Assembly: GCA_963704885.1 (NCBI GenBank)
Contig: CAVPIB010000004.1
Coordinates: 448,001-512,000 of the forward strand
Direction of reading: 5' to 3'
From: an uncultured Actinomycetes bacterium
GTDB lineage: Bacteria > Actinomycetota > UBA4738 > HRBIN12
DNA length: 64,000 nucleotides
Shown: positions 30,863 through 41,351 of the stretch, piece after piece
Layout of the letters: each line of letters opens with the position of its first letter
How positions within the stretch are numbered: the stretch's first letter is position 1
Program-made: the position numbers and the translations under genes
Notes under the pieces: model-generated
Seen by the model: only the letters and a program-made list of their open reading frames with translations
Databases searched by the model: none
What the model was told of the DNA's origin: nothing

Positions 30863-30948
30863 ACGTTTCCGAGACGCCCATCACCGGCGGACCCGGGCTC
30901 CGCGAGGGACCATCGGCTGACGACGGACCGGGGGGAGGTGGAACCGAG

Positions 30949-31074
30949 ATGGCAGAGAAGCGGATCACACCTGAGAAGCCCAAGGCCGCGGGGTCGAAGG
31001 CGGTAGATCGAACCGCTGAGCGCAAGAGCTTGAAGAAGATCTCGCGCAAGAAGATCTCCAAGAAGAAGCATTAG
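30949..31074 (+). CDS. Putative precursor peptide 2 (41 aa): MAEKRITPEKPKAAGSKAVDRTAERKSLKKISRKKISKKKH
   Basis: Translated by hand (too short for the ORF track); GGGAGGTGG RBS; same first 12 nt (ATGGCAGAGAAG) as peptide 1; followed by a hairpin. Confidence 0.8.
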   Translation: MAEKRITPEKPKAAGSKAVDRTAERKSLKKISRKKISKKKH

Positions 31075-31092
31075 CGAGCGTTCAAGCGAAGC

Positions 31093-31119
31093 ACGGGCCC
31101 GGTCTTCGACCGGGCCCGT
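31093..31119 (+). terminator. Hairpin after peptide 2
   Basis: ACGGGCCCGGTC-TTC-GACCGGGCCCGT followed by TCCGTT; shares the GGGCCCGG/CCGGGCCC core with the 30806 hairpin. Confidence 0.7.
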
Positions 31120-31160
31120 TCCGTTGGTGACGATCCGTTCGCCCGACTAGGCTACGCCAG

Positions 31161-31868
31161 ATGGCGAAGGCTGCTGCCGCGACGACCGCTCTCGAGAACG
31201 CGCTCATCGGCTCCCCCTACCTGCGAGACGTACCAAGGCCGGCGGTCGCAGGACTGGCCGAGCGTTGCCTTGTCCGCCATTACCGTCGCAATACATACCT
31301 CTGCCATCAGGGCGACCCGGCGCCGGACGTCTTCTTCCTCCTTGAGGGCCGGGTCGAGATCAGCTCTGTTGCAGCCAACGGCAGCCGCGTGCTGCATGCC
31401 ACGCTCGACACTCCACAGTTCCTCGGGGAGCTCGGTGTCCTGGGCGATATCGCCCGGACGGCGAGCGCATTGGCGCTCGAGGACGTCACCATCGCGGTCG
31501 TGCACTCCGAGGACTTCCTGTCCTTCCTCACGCAGGAACCCTCAGCCGCGCGGAACGTACTCAGGGCGCTCGCCCGTCAGGTTCACGCTGACCAGTCGCT
31601 CGTGGACGACCTGCTCTTCCTCGACCTCAAGGGACGGGTAGCCAAGCGCCTGCTCCAGATGGTGACGCCCAGCCTCGACGATCTGCCCGATAACGGGGTC
31701 GTGGTCCCGACCGTCACGCACGCAGACCTCGCCAGCCTCTGCGGAGGCAGCCGCGAGAACGTCACCCGGGTCCTCAGCGAGTTCCAGCGTCGAGGCCTCG
31801 TCGACAAGGACGGGCGGCGCTACGTGCTGAAGAAGGTCGATGGCTTGGCGAAGATCGCCGGTCTCTGA
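31161..31868 (+). CDS. Crp/Fnr-family transcriptional regulator
   Basis: cNMP domain (LCHQGD, FLGELGVL...RTASA), C-helix DLKGRVAKRLL, HTH THADLASLCGGSRENVTRVL; TAGGCT 7 nt before the ATG (leaderless). Confidence 0.93.
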   Translation: MAKAAAATTALENALIGSPYLRDVPRPAVAGLAERCLVRHYRRNTYLCHQGDPAPDVFFLLEGRVEISSVAANGSRVLHATLDTPQFLGELGVLGDIARTASALALEDVTIAVVHSEDFLSFLTQEPSAARNVLRALARQVHADQSLVDDLLFLDLKGRVAKRLLQMVTPSLDDLPDNGVVVPTVTHADLASLCGGSRENVTRVLSEFQRRGLVDKDGRRYVLKKVDGLAKIAGL

Positions 31869-31886
31869 CGGGGGAACGAAGAACCG

Positions 31887-32405
31887 CTATCCCTCATCCT
31901 CCGGCATCGTCAAGCCCGGAAGATCGCGCACCGATACGCGCTTGGCCGCGACGTCGACGTCGACGACTACCTCTCGGATGGCGGGGATCAGCGTCTCGGT
32001 GCCGGCGTCGTCGACGGCCGCCCACAGGTCGTTGGCGGGGTTCGCCAACACATCGTGGATGGCGCCGAGCGAGCGGCCCGATTCCGTGACTACCTGGCAG
32101 CCGACCAGCTGATGAGGCCAGTAGTCGCCCTCAGGGAGCTCGGGGAGCATGGACAGAGGGACCACGAGCCACGAGCCGCGGAGCAGGTCGGCCGCGTTAC
32201 GATCCGTCACCCCTTCGAACGAGACGAGCAGCCGGCCGCCGTTCGGACGTGAGGCGCCGATCCGCAGCTCCTTGCCGTCCTCGAGGAACACGGACGACCC
32301 TGGGTCGAACCGGTCGGGGTTGTCCGAGATGACCAGCACGACGACTTCCCCGCGCAGGCCGTGAGCCTTCGTGACCTTGCCGACGACGACGGTCGGCTCC
32401 GACAC
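31887..32405 (-). CDS. rimM: Ribosome maturation factor RimM
   Basis: VGKVTKAHGLRGEV, DRNAAD.LRG, PRC barrel (PANDLW, LIPAI). Confidence 0.95.
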   Translation of the reverse strand: MSEPTVVVGKVTKAHGLRGEVVVLVISDNPDRFDPGSSVFLEDGKELRIGASRPNGGRLLVSFEGVTDRNAADLLRGSWLVVPLSMLPELPEGDYWPHQLVGCQVVTESGRSLGAIHDVLANPANDLWAAVDDAGTETLIPAIREVVVDVDVAAKRVSVRDLPGLTMPEDEG

Positions 32406-32406
32406 C

Positions 32407-32637
32407 TCAGTCGGCTATGTCGACGCGCGCGGACATGCCCTGGCGCGTCGCAGCCGCCCGGACCACCGATCGGATAGCCTTCGCGGTGCGGCCGCCCCTG
32501 CCGATGACCTTGCCCATGTCGTCGGGAGCCACGCGAACGGTGAGCAGGACTCCCCGCTGATCCGTGGATTCCGTCACCGACACGGAGCCAGGGTCGTCCA
32601 CGAGCTCTCGGGCAAGGAACTCCACGAGCTCCCTCAC
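32407..32637 (-). CDS. khpA: KH-domain RNA-binding protein
   Basis: [18 protein letters not shown]; between rpsP and rimM. Confidence 0.93.
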   Translation of the reverse strand: MRELVEFLARELVDDPGSVSVTESTDQRGVLLTVRVAPDDMGKVIGRGGRTAKAIRSVVRAAATRQGMSARVDIAD

Positions 32638-33236
32638 GCCTCCGGCGCCTCCTCGGCGGCCGTCTCCTCCGCGGGAGATACATCGGAGGCCGGCTCCTCG
32701 GCGGCCGGCTCCTCCGAGGGTGTCTCGTCGGAGGGAGCGGCCGAGTCGGAGGCGGACCCTTCCCCACCATCAGACGTGCCCTCCGCCAGCGGCGACTCGG
32801 CCGTCTCCTGCAACTCGGGGGCAGCTTCTGGCGCAGGGTCTGGCGCAGGCTCAGCGGCGATCGCCTCGGCGGGCGGTGCCTCGGCCTCGGCGGCGGCCTT
32901 GGCCGCGGCCTTCTTCGAGACCTTCTCCTTGACTGGCTTCTCGGTCCTGGTCTTCACCAACGCAGCCGCGGCCGGGCGCTCGATCACGAACTTGTCCCAG
33001 ATGCCGATCTTGACCATCAGGTTCCGCACCTGATCGCTCGGCTGCGCGCCGACCCGCAGCCAGTGCAGGGCGCGGTCCTCGTCGATCTCGATCAGCGAGG
33101 GGTCGTCGAGCGGATGGTACTTACCGATGTTCTCGATGAATCGACCATCGCGGGGAGCCCGCTGGTCGGCCACCACCACGCGGTAGAAGGGTCGCTTCTT
33201 CGCGCCCAACCGCCGCAGCCTGATCCTCGTCGCCAT
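32634..33236 (-). CDS. rpsP: 30S ribosomal protein S16 with acidic tail
   Basis: [36 protein letters not shown]. Confidence 0.97.
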   Translation of the reverse strand: MATRIRLRRLGAKKRPFYRVVVADQRAPRDGRFIENIGKYHPLDDPSLIEIDEDRALHWLRVGAQPSDQVRNLMVKIGIWDKFVIERPAAAALVKTRTEKPVKEKVSKKAAAKAAAEAEAPPAEAIAAEPAPDPAPEAAPELQETAESPLAEGTSDGGEGSASDSAAPSDETPSEEPAAEEPASDVSPAEETAAEEAPEA

Positions 33237-33251
33237 GTCGTCGATCCCTCT

Positions 33252-34610
33252 CTAACGCCTCTTGTTCTTCGGAGCGGAACCGGCCGGCATCTTCATCATG
33301 CCGGGCATCCGCTTGCCGCCGATCATCGTCCGCATCATCTTGCGGGCGCCCTCGAAATCCTTGAGTAGCCCGTTGACGTCGCTGGTAGTGGTACCCGAGC
33401 CGTTGGCGATCCGCAGGCGCCGGGACCCATGGATGATAGCGGGATTCCGCCGCTCCTCCGCGGTCATGGAGCAGATGATGGCCTCCGCCCGCCCGAGCTG
33501 ACCATCATCGACCTGGTCCGCGAGCTCCTTCATGGCGTCCCGACCTCCCGGGACGCCCGGGAGCATCTTCAGGACATCCTGGATGGGTCCGAGCTTACGC
33601 ATCTCGCGAAGTTGGGCCAGGAAGTCGTCGAGCGTGAACTGGCCTTTCAACAGCTGCTCGGCGGAGGCGCGGGCGGCGTCGGTGTCCATGGTCTCCTTGG
33701 CCTTGTCGATCAGCGTGAGCATGTCGCCCATGCCGAGGATCCTGCCGGCCATTCGATCGGGATAGAACGGCTCCAGATCCTCGGGTTTCTCACCTGTTCC
33801 AACGAAGTACACCGGCTTGCCGGTGACCGCGGTGATCGACAGCGCCGCGCCGCCGCGGGCGTCACCGTCCAGTTTCGTCAGAATGAACCCGGTGGTATCG
33901 ATCTGATCCATGAAGGCGCGCGCCTGCACCACAGCGTCTTGTCCGGTCATGGCGTCGCACGCCATGAGGACGTGGTGGGGCTTGGCGACGTCGCGGATCC
34001 TCCGCGCCTGCTTCATCATCTCGTCGTCCACGTGAATGCGACCGGCTGTGTCGATGATGACCACGTCCGCCTGCTGACGCTCCGCCTCCTTGAGCGCACT
34101 CTTGGCCACCTTGACGGGGTCGCGCCCATCTGAAACGACCGGCACGCCGATCTCACGGCCCAGTGTCTGCAGCTGCTCCACGGCAGCCGGGCGCTCTAGG
34201 TCGGCTGCCACCAGTAGCGGCCGCCGTCCCTTCCCCTTAAGGAGTTTCGCGAGCTTCGCGCACGCCGTCGTCTTGCCCGACCCCTGAACGCCCGCCATCA
34301 TCACGACGGCGGGGCGAACGGAAGGGAGCGTGAACGGTTGGTGCTCGCCGCCCAAGGTGACCGTGAGCTCTTGATCCACCACCTTCACGATCTGCTGGCC
34401 GGGGGTCAGGCTCCTCGTGACCTCCTCGGAGAGCGCGCGCTCTCGGACCCGTTCGAGCAGGTCGTCGGCTACCTGGACCGCGACGTCGGCCTCGAGCAGG
34501 GCCGTGCGCATCTCCGCCAGGGCATTGTCCACCTGCTTAGGGTGGAGCTTCCCCCGGGAGCGGAGCTTCCTGAAGACGCCGTTCAGGCGGTCGGTGAGGG
34601 TGTCGAACAT
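33252..34610 (-). CDS. ffh: Signal recognition particle protein
   Basis: GVQGSGKTT, DTAGR, TKLDGDARGGAALS, RILGMGD, M domain. Confidence 0.97.
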   Translation of the reverse strand: MFDTLTDRLNGVFRKLRSRGKLHPKQVDNALAEMRTALLEADVAVQVADDLLERVRERALSEEVTRSLTPGQQIVKVVDQELTVTLGGEHQPFTLPSVRPAVVMMAGVQGSGKTTACAKLAKLLKGKGRRPLLVAADLERPAAVEQLQTLGREIGVPVVSDGRDPVKVAKSALKEAERQQADVVIIDTAGRIHVDDEMMKQARRIRDVAKPHHVLMACDAMTGQDAVVQARAFMDQIDTTGFILTKLDGDARGGAALSITAVTGKPVYFVGTGEKPEDLEPFYPDRMAGRILGMGDMLTLIDKAKETMDTDAARASAEQLLKGQFTLDDFLAQLREMRKLGPIQDVLKMLPGVPGGRDAMKELADQVDDGQLGRAEAIICSMTAEERRNPAIIHGSRRLRIANGSGTTTSDVNGLLKDFEGARKMMRTMIGGKRMPGMMKMPAGSAPKNKRR

Positions 34611-34663
34611 GGTTACGTACGGAACAACGGCGGGTGGCACCGTGCCGGTGCCGCATCGTATCA

Positions 34664-36511
34664 ATGGCGGGGAGTGCGGGGCCCATGAGGCGAGACCTGG
34701 AGCAGGCTCGGAGACTGGAGCTTGGCCTGGTCAAGCTCCGATGGCTGCTGGTGGCATACGGGCTCGTCCAGACCTTGATCGAGACGGCGGATCCGGGGGC
34801 CCCCTCGTTCGCGGTGCCTCTCGGAGGGGCCCTCACTGCGGGGTTGTTCGTTTCCAACATCCTCATCGCTCGGATCGCCCGCAAAGCGAACGACGGCCGG
34901 ACACTCGGGTGGATCGGCGTCCTGGCGTTCGTCTTGGACTCGGTGGTCATCCTGGGACTCGTCTGGGTGGCCGCTCACCACCCCGCCGACCCCGCGTGGG
35001 TGATCGTCTATCTCCTGCCTATCGAGGGTGCGATGCGCTACGGCATGCCAGGGGCGCTGGCGCCGCTGTCGGTCATCCTCCTGTCGGAGCTCGGACGAGA
35101 GCTGTCGATGGCCGCCGAGTTCCCTAGATATGCGTTCGCGACGTCCGACGTTTCGTTCAGGGTCGGGATGGCGGCCGTGATCGCCGTGGTGTCTGGGATG
35201 TTCGCGGGTTCGCTCCGTCGAGAGGCTGAACGGGCCAGCGAGCGCACGGCGATGGCGGAGGAGGCCGCCAGGCTCGCGGAAGAGGCCGCCGGGCGAGAGG
35301 CCCAGGCTCAACGGGACCTGTCCGCGTTCCACACAGCCATCCTCGCCGGGATCGCCGCCGAAGATCCGGCCGATGGGATCCAGGCCATCGCCGAGGCCGT
35401 GGGGCGCGAGCTCGGATGCTACGCACTCGGAGTGCTCCTGCTGGAACCCGTCGAAGGCGGCGGGGAACAGCTGGTATCGGCGGGGGTCTTCGGCGATCCC
35501 GGCTATGGTCGCGGAACGCGGTTCGTCGGCGGCGCCGAGCCGTTCGAAGCCGGCCCCGGTTTCTCCCGGCCGAGCCTGCACGACGATCCGGCTGAGGCCG
35601 TGGTGCCCCTACGCGCAGGAGACACGGTGATCGGGATCCTCCACGAGAAGGGAGAGGCACCCGGGGCGATCGATCGCGAGCGACTGCTCCTGCTCGGCAG
35701 GCTCGCGGACCAGGTCTCGCTGGTGATCCAGGCCGCGCGGCTTCGGTCGCGGCAGGAAGAGACGTTGACCCGGCTGAGGGAACTCGACGAGTTGAAGTCG
35801 GACTTCGTGGCGATCACGAGTCACGAACTCCGAACGCCCCTCACCGCCGTCCGGGGTTTCGTCGACGCGCTCCGCCGGCGGCAGCAGGAACTCAGCCCCG
35901 AGGAGGTGCAGGAGTACTTGTCGATCATCCACGTTCAGACCGACCGGCTGATCCGCCTGGTCGAGGACCTCCTCCTGATCTCCCGCATCGAGGCCGGCAA
36001 GCTCACGTTCGTCCCCGAGCAGGTCCAGACCGCCGAGCTACTGACCTCGGTGCGTCACGGTCTGGGAGATCTTGCGGATCGGGTCGTGATGGTCGAATCA
36101 CCTGGCATGCCCAGGGAACTGGTCGCGGATCCTCAGCGAGTGATACAGGTACTCACGAACCTCTTGATGAACGCTCTGAAGTTCTCACCGCCCGATAAAC
36201 CGGTGCATCTGGCGGCCGGTTCGTATTCCACCGGAACGGTGACCTTCGCGGTGCGCGACCGGGGATCGGGTATCCCACCGGCAGAGCTGGACTTGATCTT
36301 CGACCGATTCCACCAGAGCGAGTCCACCGCAGCGCACTCCGAAGGCGCCGGCCTGGGGCTCTACATCGCCCGACAGCTCACGGAGGCGATGGGCGGATGG
36401 ATCACCGTGGAGTCCGCGCCCGGTCACGGGGCAACCTTCACGGTGACGATCCCGACGTCCCGGACCCTCGAAGAACCCGCTCCATTGTCCGGAGCAGGGC
36501 GAGCGGGCTGA
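34664..36511 (+). CDS. Membrane sensor histidine kinase (multi-TM, GAF-like, HisKA, HATPase)
   Basis: Several N-terminal TM helices; SHELRTPL, NLLMNALKF, DRGSGI, GAGLGLYI. Confidence 0.9.
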   Translation: MAGSAGPMRRDLEQARRLELGLVKLRWLLVAYGLVQTLIETADPGAPSFAVPLGGALTAGLFVSNILIARIARKANDGRTLGWIGVLAFVLDSVVILGLVWVAAHHPADPAWVIVYLLPIEGAMRYGMPGALAPLSVILLSELGRELSMAAEFPRYAFATSDVSFRVGMAAVIAVVSGMFAGSLRREAERASERTAMAEEAARLAEEAAGREAQAQRDLSAFHTAILAGIAAEDPADGIQAIAEAVGRELGCYALGVLLLEPVEGGGEQLVSAGVFGDPGYGRGTRFVGGAEPFEAGPGFSRPSLHDDPAEAVVPLRAGDTVIGILHEKGEAPGAIDRERLLLLGRLADQVSLVIQAARLRSRQEETLTRLRELDELKSDFVAITSHELRTPLTAVRGFVDALRRRQQELSPEEVQEYLSIIHVQTDRLIRLVEDLLLISRIEAGKLTFVPEQVQTAELLTSVRHGLGDLADRVVMVESPGMPRELVADPQRVIQVLTNLLMNALKFSPPDKPVHLAAGSYSTGTVTFAVRDRGSGIPPAELDLIFDRFHQSESTAAHSEGAGLGLYIARQLTEAMGGWITVESAPGHGATFTVTIPTSRTLEEPAPLSGAGRAG

Positions 36512-36825
36512 ACGGCTTCGTGATGTAGTCGTCGGCTCCCAAGGCGAGGGCGCGCTTGCGCCCCTCTTCGCCGGTCGCGGTCACGATGACGACGAGGACG
36601 CCTTCCGTGTCCGGATCGGCCTTGAGCGCCTCGAGGACGTCGCTTCCCGACACGACCGGGATGTTCAGGTCCAAGAAGGACCACGTCGGGCGGGCGCTCC
36701 CGCGCCATCGCGATCCCGTTCTCGCCGTCCACTGCCTCCTCTACCTGGTGGCCGTCCTCCTCGAGCACCAGTCGCATCGCTTCCCTCATCGTCGGGTGAT
36801 CCTCGACGATCAGGACGTTCGCCAT
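36438..36825 (-). CDS. Single-domain response regulator with a +1 frameshift near 36678
   Basis: MANVLIVEDH...PDVV in one frame; LDLNIP..SG...GADDYITKPF in the next; removing one base restores a complete receiver domain. Confidence 0.8.
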
Positions 36826-36828
36826 CGC

Positions 36829-37824
36829 CTAGCTCCGCAGCAGGCCGTCGGCGAACGCATCGGCCCGGAACGGACGGAGGTCATCGGCGCCCTCGCCGAC
36901 GCCCACGAACCGAACCGGGACGCCGAGCTCTTCGCGTACCGCCAGCACCACGCCGCCTCGCGCGGACCCATCCATCTTCGTGAGCACGACTCCGGTGACG
37001 TCGACCGCCTCGGTGAAGGCCCGCGCCTGGGCGATGCCGTTCTGTCCGGTGGTCGCATCCAACACGAGCAGGGTGTCGTCGACCTCGGCGCCGGCCTTCT
37101 GGATCACTCGCTTGACCTTGGCCAGCTCATCCATGAGCGGCGTCTTCGTGTGCAGACGACCCGCGGTGTCGACGATCAGGACATCGGAGCCTCGCGCGGT
37201 GGCCGACTTCACGGCATCGAAAGCCACGGCGCCGGGATCGGCGCCTCGCTGCTGGGAAACCACGTGGGCCCCGGTGCGCTGCGCCCAGACTTGGAGCTGC
37301 TCCCCCGCCGCAGCACGGTACGTGTCGCTCGCTGCAAGACTGACCGCGTGTCCCTGCACCGCCAACCGGCGGGCCAACTTGCCGATCGTGGTGGTCTTCC
37401 CGGATCCGTTCACGCCGACCACCAGGATGACCGCCAGCTTGTCGCGCGCCAGCTCCATCTCGCCGTCCGCCCCCAAGATCGCGATCACCTCGGTCCGGAG
37501 CAGAGCGACCGGGTCGCTGCCCACTACGAATCGTTCGCGCACGCGAGCCACCAGATCTGCCGCCCCGCGAGGCCCCACGTCCGCCCGGATCAGAAGGGCC
37601 TCCAGCGCAGACCAAGTGTCCGGCGAGATGCCGCGTCCGAAGAGGGCGCGCACGCGTTCGCCGAGCCCCGTTCCCCCTCCCGGAGCCGTGATGACATCCA
37701 TCTGTTCGTCGACGTCGGAGTCGTCTTCCACATCGAACATGAGCGCCCGGCGGCGTCGGATCACCACGACACCGGCGACCACGCAGAGGATCGCGATCGG
37801 GATGAACAGGAGGGTGATGTTCAC
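36829..37824 (-). CDS. ftsY: SRP receptor FtsY
   Basis: GVNGSGKTTTIGKLA, DTAGRLH, DATTGQN, TKMDGSARGG. Confidence 0.96.
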   Translation of the reverse strand: MNITLLFIPIAILCVVAGVVVIRRRRALMFDVEDDSDVDEQMDVITAPGGGTGLGERVRALFGRGISPDTWSALEALLIRADVGPRGAADLVARVRERFVVGSDPVALLRTEVIAILGADGEMELARDKLAVILVVGVNGSGKTTTIGKLARRLAVQGHAVSLAASDTYRAAAGEQLQVWAQRTGAHVVSQQRGADPGAVAFDAVKSATARGSDVLIVDTAGRLHTKTPLMDELAKVKRVIQKAGAEVDDTLLVLDATTGQNGIAQARAFTEAVDVTGVVLTKMDGSARGGVVLAVREELGVPVRFVGVGEGADDLRPFRADAFADGLLRS

Positions 37825-37833
37825 GGGTCCAGG

Positions 37834-40800
37834 CTAGTGGACCGGCTCCGTCTCCGGCAGAGAGAACGTCTGGGTCTGGTCCGCGATCCGTCGCGGTTCC
37901 TCCATCTGCTGGCAGACGATCTTCGTGGTGCCGTCCTTCGAGAGCGAGACCCCGTACATCATGCCGGCGATCTCCATGGTCCGCTTCTGGTGCGTCACGA
38001 TCATCACCTGTGAATCGCGGGCGAACCCTTCGATCAATCGCAGGAACCGATGCAGGTTCACGTCGTCGAGCGCCGGCTCCACCTCGTCCATCAGATAGAA
38101 CGGACTGGGTCGAGCCGTGAAGATCGCGAACAGGAACGCCATCGCCGTGAGCGACCGTTCGCCGCCGGACAGCAGCGAGATCCGCTTGACGCGCTTGCGA
38201 CCGGGACTGGCCTCGATCTCGATCCCGCTCGTGAGCGGCTGCGCCGGATCCGTAAGTATCAACCGCCCCGAGCCACCCGGGAACAGCTCGGCGATCAGCC
38301 GCTCGAACTCACGGGCCACGTCGCGGTAAGCCTGATCGAAGGTCTCGGTGATCTCGTGATCCACCTTCGCGATCACTTCCAGGAGATCGCGCCGGGCCTT
38401 GCGGACGTCGTCCAGCTCGCGCGCCATGAAGTCGTGGCGCTCCTGCAGGGCGTCGAACTCGCCGGTCGCGAGCAGGTTGACACGACCAAGCAGCGCCAAC
38501 CGGCGCTGAACCAGCTCGGACTTCTTCTCGAGCGATCCGACCGAATCCTCCTCAGTGAGCGTCGCGAGAGCGTCTGCGGGGGCGCACTGATGGCCCTCGC
38601 GCAACAAGCGCTCCGCCTCGCCGATCCGGCGTTCGATGTCGCCGCGCAGGCGGTCCTCATCCTCGTAGGTCTCGCGGAGCCGATCGAGCTCGGTAGACGC
38701 GTCGCGCCACGCCTTGTTGACCTCGGCCTCGCGCTCGGCGGCCACACGCTCTGCCTCGGCGGCCGCGTCGCGGGCGACGGAGGCCTCGGCCGCAGACCCC
38801 TCCGCACGCCTCACGGCCTCCTCTGCATGCGCGCGGGCGTCCTCGGCGGTCTGGACCGCGGCGCGTAGCTGCACCGGATCCTGCGACGCTAGAGCATCCC
38901 GATCGGCTCGTAGGTCCACCAGGCGGGCGTCCAGCGTCGCCCGATCCCGGCGGAGCGTCTCGACCGCGACGCGGGCGGACACGGGTGGTTGGGGTCTCGG
39001 AGGAAGCTCGGGCATCTCCTCGAGGAGCGGTTCCGAGTCCGCCAGGCGCTCTCGCCACATCGCCATCCCGTCCTCGACAGAGCCCGCTCGCTGACGCAGC
39101 AACTCCTCTTCCCTGCGAACGCCGACGAGCTCGATCTCGATCCGGGCCAGACGCTCCGCTGCCGACGTGATCTCGGCATCGGCCGCATCGATCTGTTCGC
39201 CCAAGAAGGCGACCTCGCCGCCGATCTCCTCGACGCGCTCACGCTTCGGCTTGAGCACGTTGCGGGTGGCGGCCAGGTCATGCTCCAACACCTGTAGCTC
39301 CGCCCGGATCTCACGGGCACGGGCGTCGGCCACCCCTGCCGTGTGGATCACCGCGGGGCCGACCAGCACACCATCGGGCGTCACGAACGACGCCGCGGGG
39401 TGTGATGCCTGCTTCTCGGCGGCCTCCTCCACGGTATCGGCCAGGTACACGTCCCGAAGGACGGTGCTCGCGATCCCGCGCGCCACGGGTTCGGCCTCGA
39501 TGACCGAGAGCAGCGCTCTCTCGCCGCGGAGGCCGATCGGCACCGGCCCCCCGCCCGCGATCGCCAGGATGGCGCCGTCCCCCTCGGGGGCGTCGGCGAG
39601 GGCCCTGTCGCCGTCCTGGTAGACCACCGCATCTGCCAGCGGGCCGAGGGCCGCCACCAGCGCGCGCTCCAGGCCGGCCTGGATACGGACCAGATCACGC
39701 AGCGGCCCGACCGCGTGACCCTTGTGCGTCTGCAGGAACCGAGAGCCGGCCGTCTCCTCGATATCGCGCCGGCGAGCCTCCAGCAGGTCGCGCCGGGCCT
39801 GGTGCCGACGCTCCACGTCCTCGAGCTCCTCGATCTTCTCGACCAGACCCCGCCGCTCCTGGTCGAGAAGCCGGCGCCGGTCGGTGAGCGGAGATGACTG
39901 CCCATCCAGGCGTTCGATGTCCGCCTCCAGCGCGTCGCGCTCTCGTTCGAGGGCTCCCAACGCGTCCCGCGACGTCGGCGATCCCGGTCTCCAAGCGCTC
40001 GCGCTCCCGTTCGGAGGACGCCATGCTCCGCCGGAGCGCCTCCACCTCGGCCCGCCGCCCCGCGGCCTCCTCGCCCATCCGGCGACGCACGTCCTCGACC
40101 TGGCGACGACGCTCCTCCGCCAAGCTGAAGGCCTCCTCGGCCTCGGCCAGCTCTCGTTCGCCGGCCTGGAGATCGGCCAGCACCCGCGCCAGATCCTTCT
40201 CCGCCCGATCGAGCTCGCCGCGAACCGCGTCCATCCGAGCGGTACGAGATGCCTCAGCCGCCAGATCCCTCCGGGCGGCGGACTCCAGCTCGACGGCGGC
40301 CCGGAACGCCTGCTCCGAGTCGCTCCGCTCGACCTGAGCGGCGCGGAACGCCTGCTCTGCGTCTACCAGCACGCGGGAGGCCGTGGCTCGCTGGTCGGCG
40401 GCCGCCAACACGCCTCCATCCAGCTCGTCCAGCCGCGCGCGCGCGGTCTTGCGGGCCTGGAGGCCCTCGTCCCAGCCGGTCTGGCGGCGCTCCTTCTCGC
40501 GGAGGAGCGCGCGCAGCCTGGCGGCGGCCAGCTGCCGCGACAGCTCCTCGGCTTGCGCGCTCAACGTCTCGTGCTTCTTAGCCATCTCCGCCTGCTGCTG
40601 CAGCGGCTTGAGCTGGCGCCGCAGCTCGGCCAGCACGTCCTGAAGCCGGAGGAGATCTTGGTCGAGGCCCTCCAGCTTCCGCTCGGCACGTTCCTTCCGA
40701 CGGCGGTGCTTGGCTATCCCCGCGGCCTCCTCGATGTACTTGCGCCGTTCCTCCGGACGGGACAGGAGGACTTCTTCCAGCTGACCCTGCCCAACGACCG

Positions 40801-41215
40801 TATGCAGCGCACGCCCGATCCCCGTTTCGGACAAGAGCTCCTGCACATCGAGTAGCCGCACCAACTGCCCGTTGATCCGGTACTCGCTCTCGCCCGAGCG
40901 GAAGATCGTGCGACTGACCTCGATCTCGGACATGGGGACAGGGATCTTGCCCTCGGTGTTGTCGATGACGAGCTTCACCTCGGCCATGCCCAGGGCGGGC
41001 CGAGACGGGGTGCCGGCGAAGATCACGTCGGCCATGTGTCCACCACGCAGGGCGCGAGCCCCCTGCTCGCCCAGCACCCAGCTGATGGCGTCGACCAGGT
41101 TCGACTTCCCCGCCCCATTGGGCCCGACGATCACGCTCACCCCTGGGAGGAACTCCAGGACGGTCTTGTCCGCGAACGACTTGAAGCCACGGATCTGGAT
41201 CTGGCGCAAGAACAT
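37834..41215 (-). CDS. smc: Chromosome segregation protein SMC with a +1 frameshift near 39957
   Basis: N-part GFKSFA, GPNGAGKSN; C-part LSGGE, DEVEPALD, VTHQ; the halves join if one G is removed from GTTGGGAGC. Confidence 0.9.
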
Positions 41216-41351
41216 GCGGCGCGATGCTAACAGTGGGCTTCCACCCAACCCGGGAGCCGCTCACAGATTCTTCGTCGCCGGCTCTCAGGACGGATCGCTT
41301 GCTGGCGGACAAGGCTCGGCGCGATACCCTGACACGCAAGGAGGTTCGGCC

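Noticed and set aside
30462-31071. Minus-strand ORFs with WLSFL / LLVAE repeats
   Set aside because: Antisense shadows of the KKLSH repeat; SDs, hairpins and paralogy all support the plus strand.
26205-33236. Acidic Ala/Glu-rich tails on L19 and S16 (also S2 at 12124)
   Set aside because: Common low-complexity extensions in actinobacterial ribosomal proteins.
36438-36511. 74-bp convergent overlap of kinase and receiver genes as antisense regulation
   Set aside because: Short tail overlaps are common in compact GC-rich genomes; there is no further evidence.
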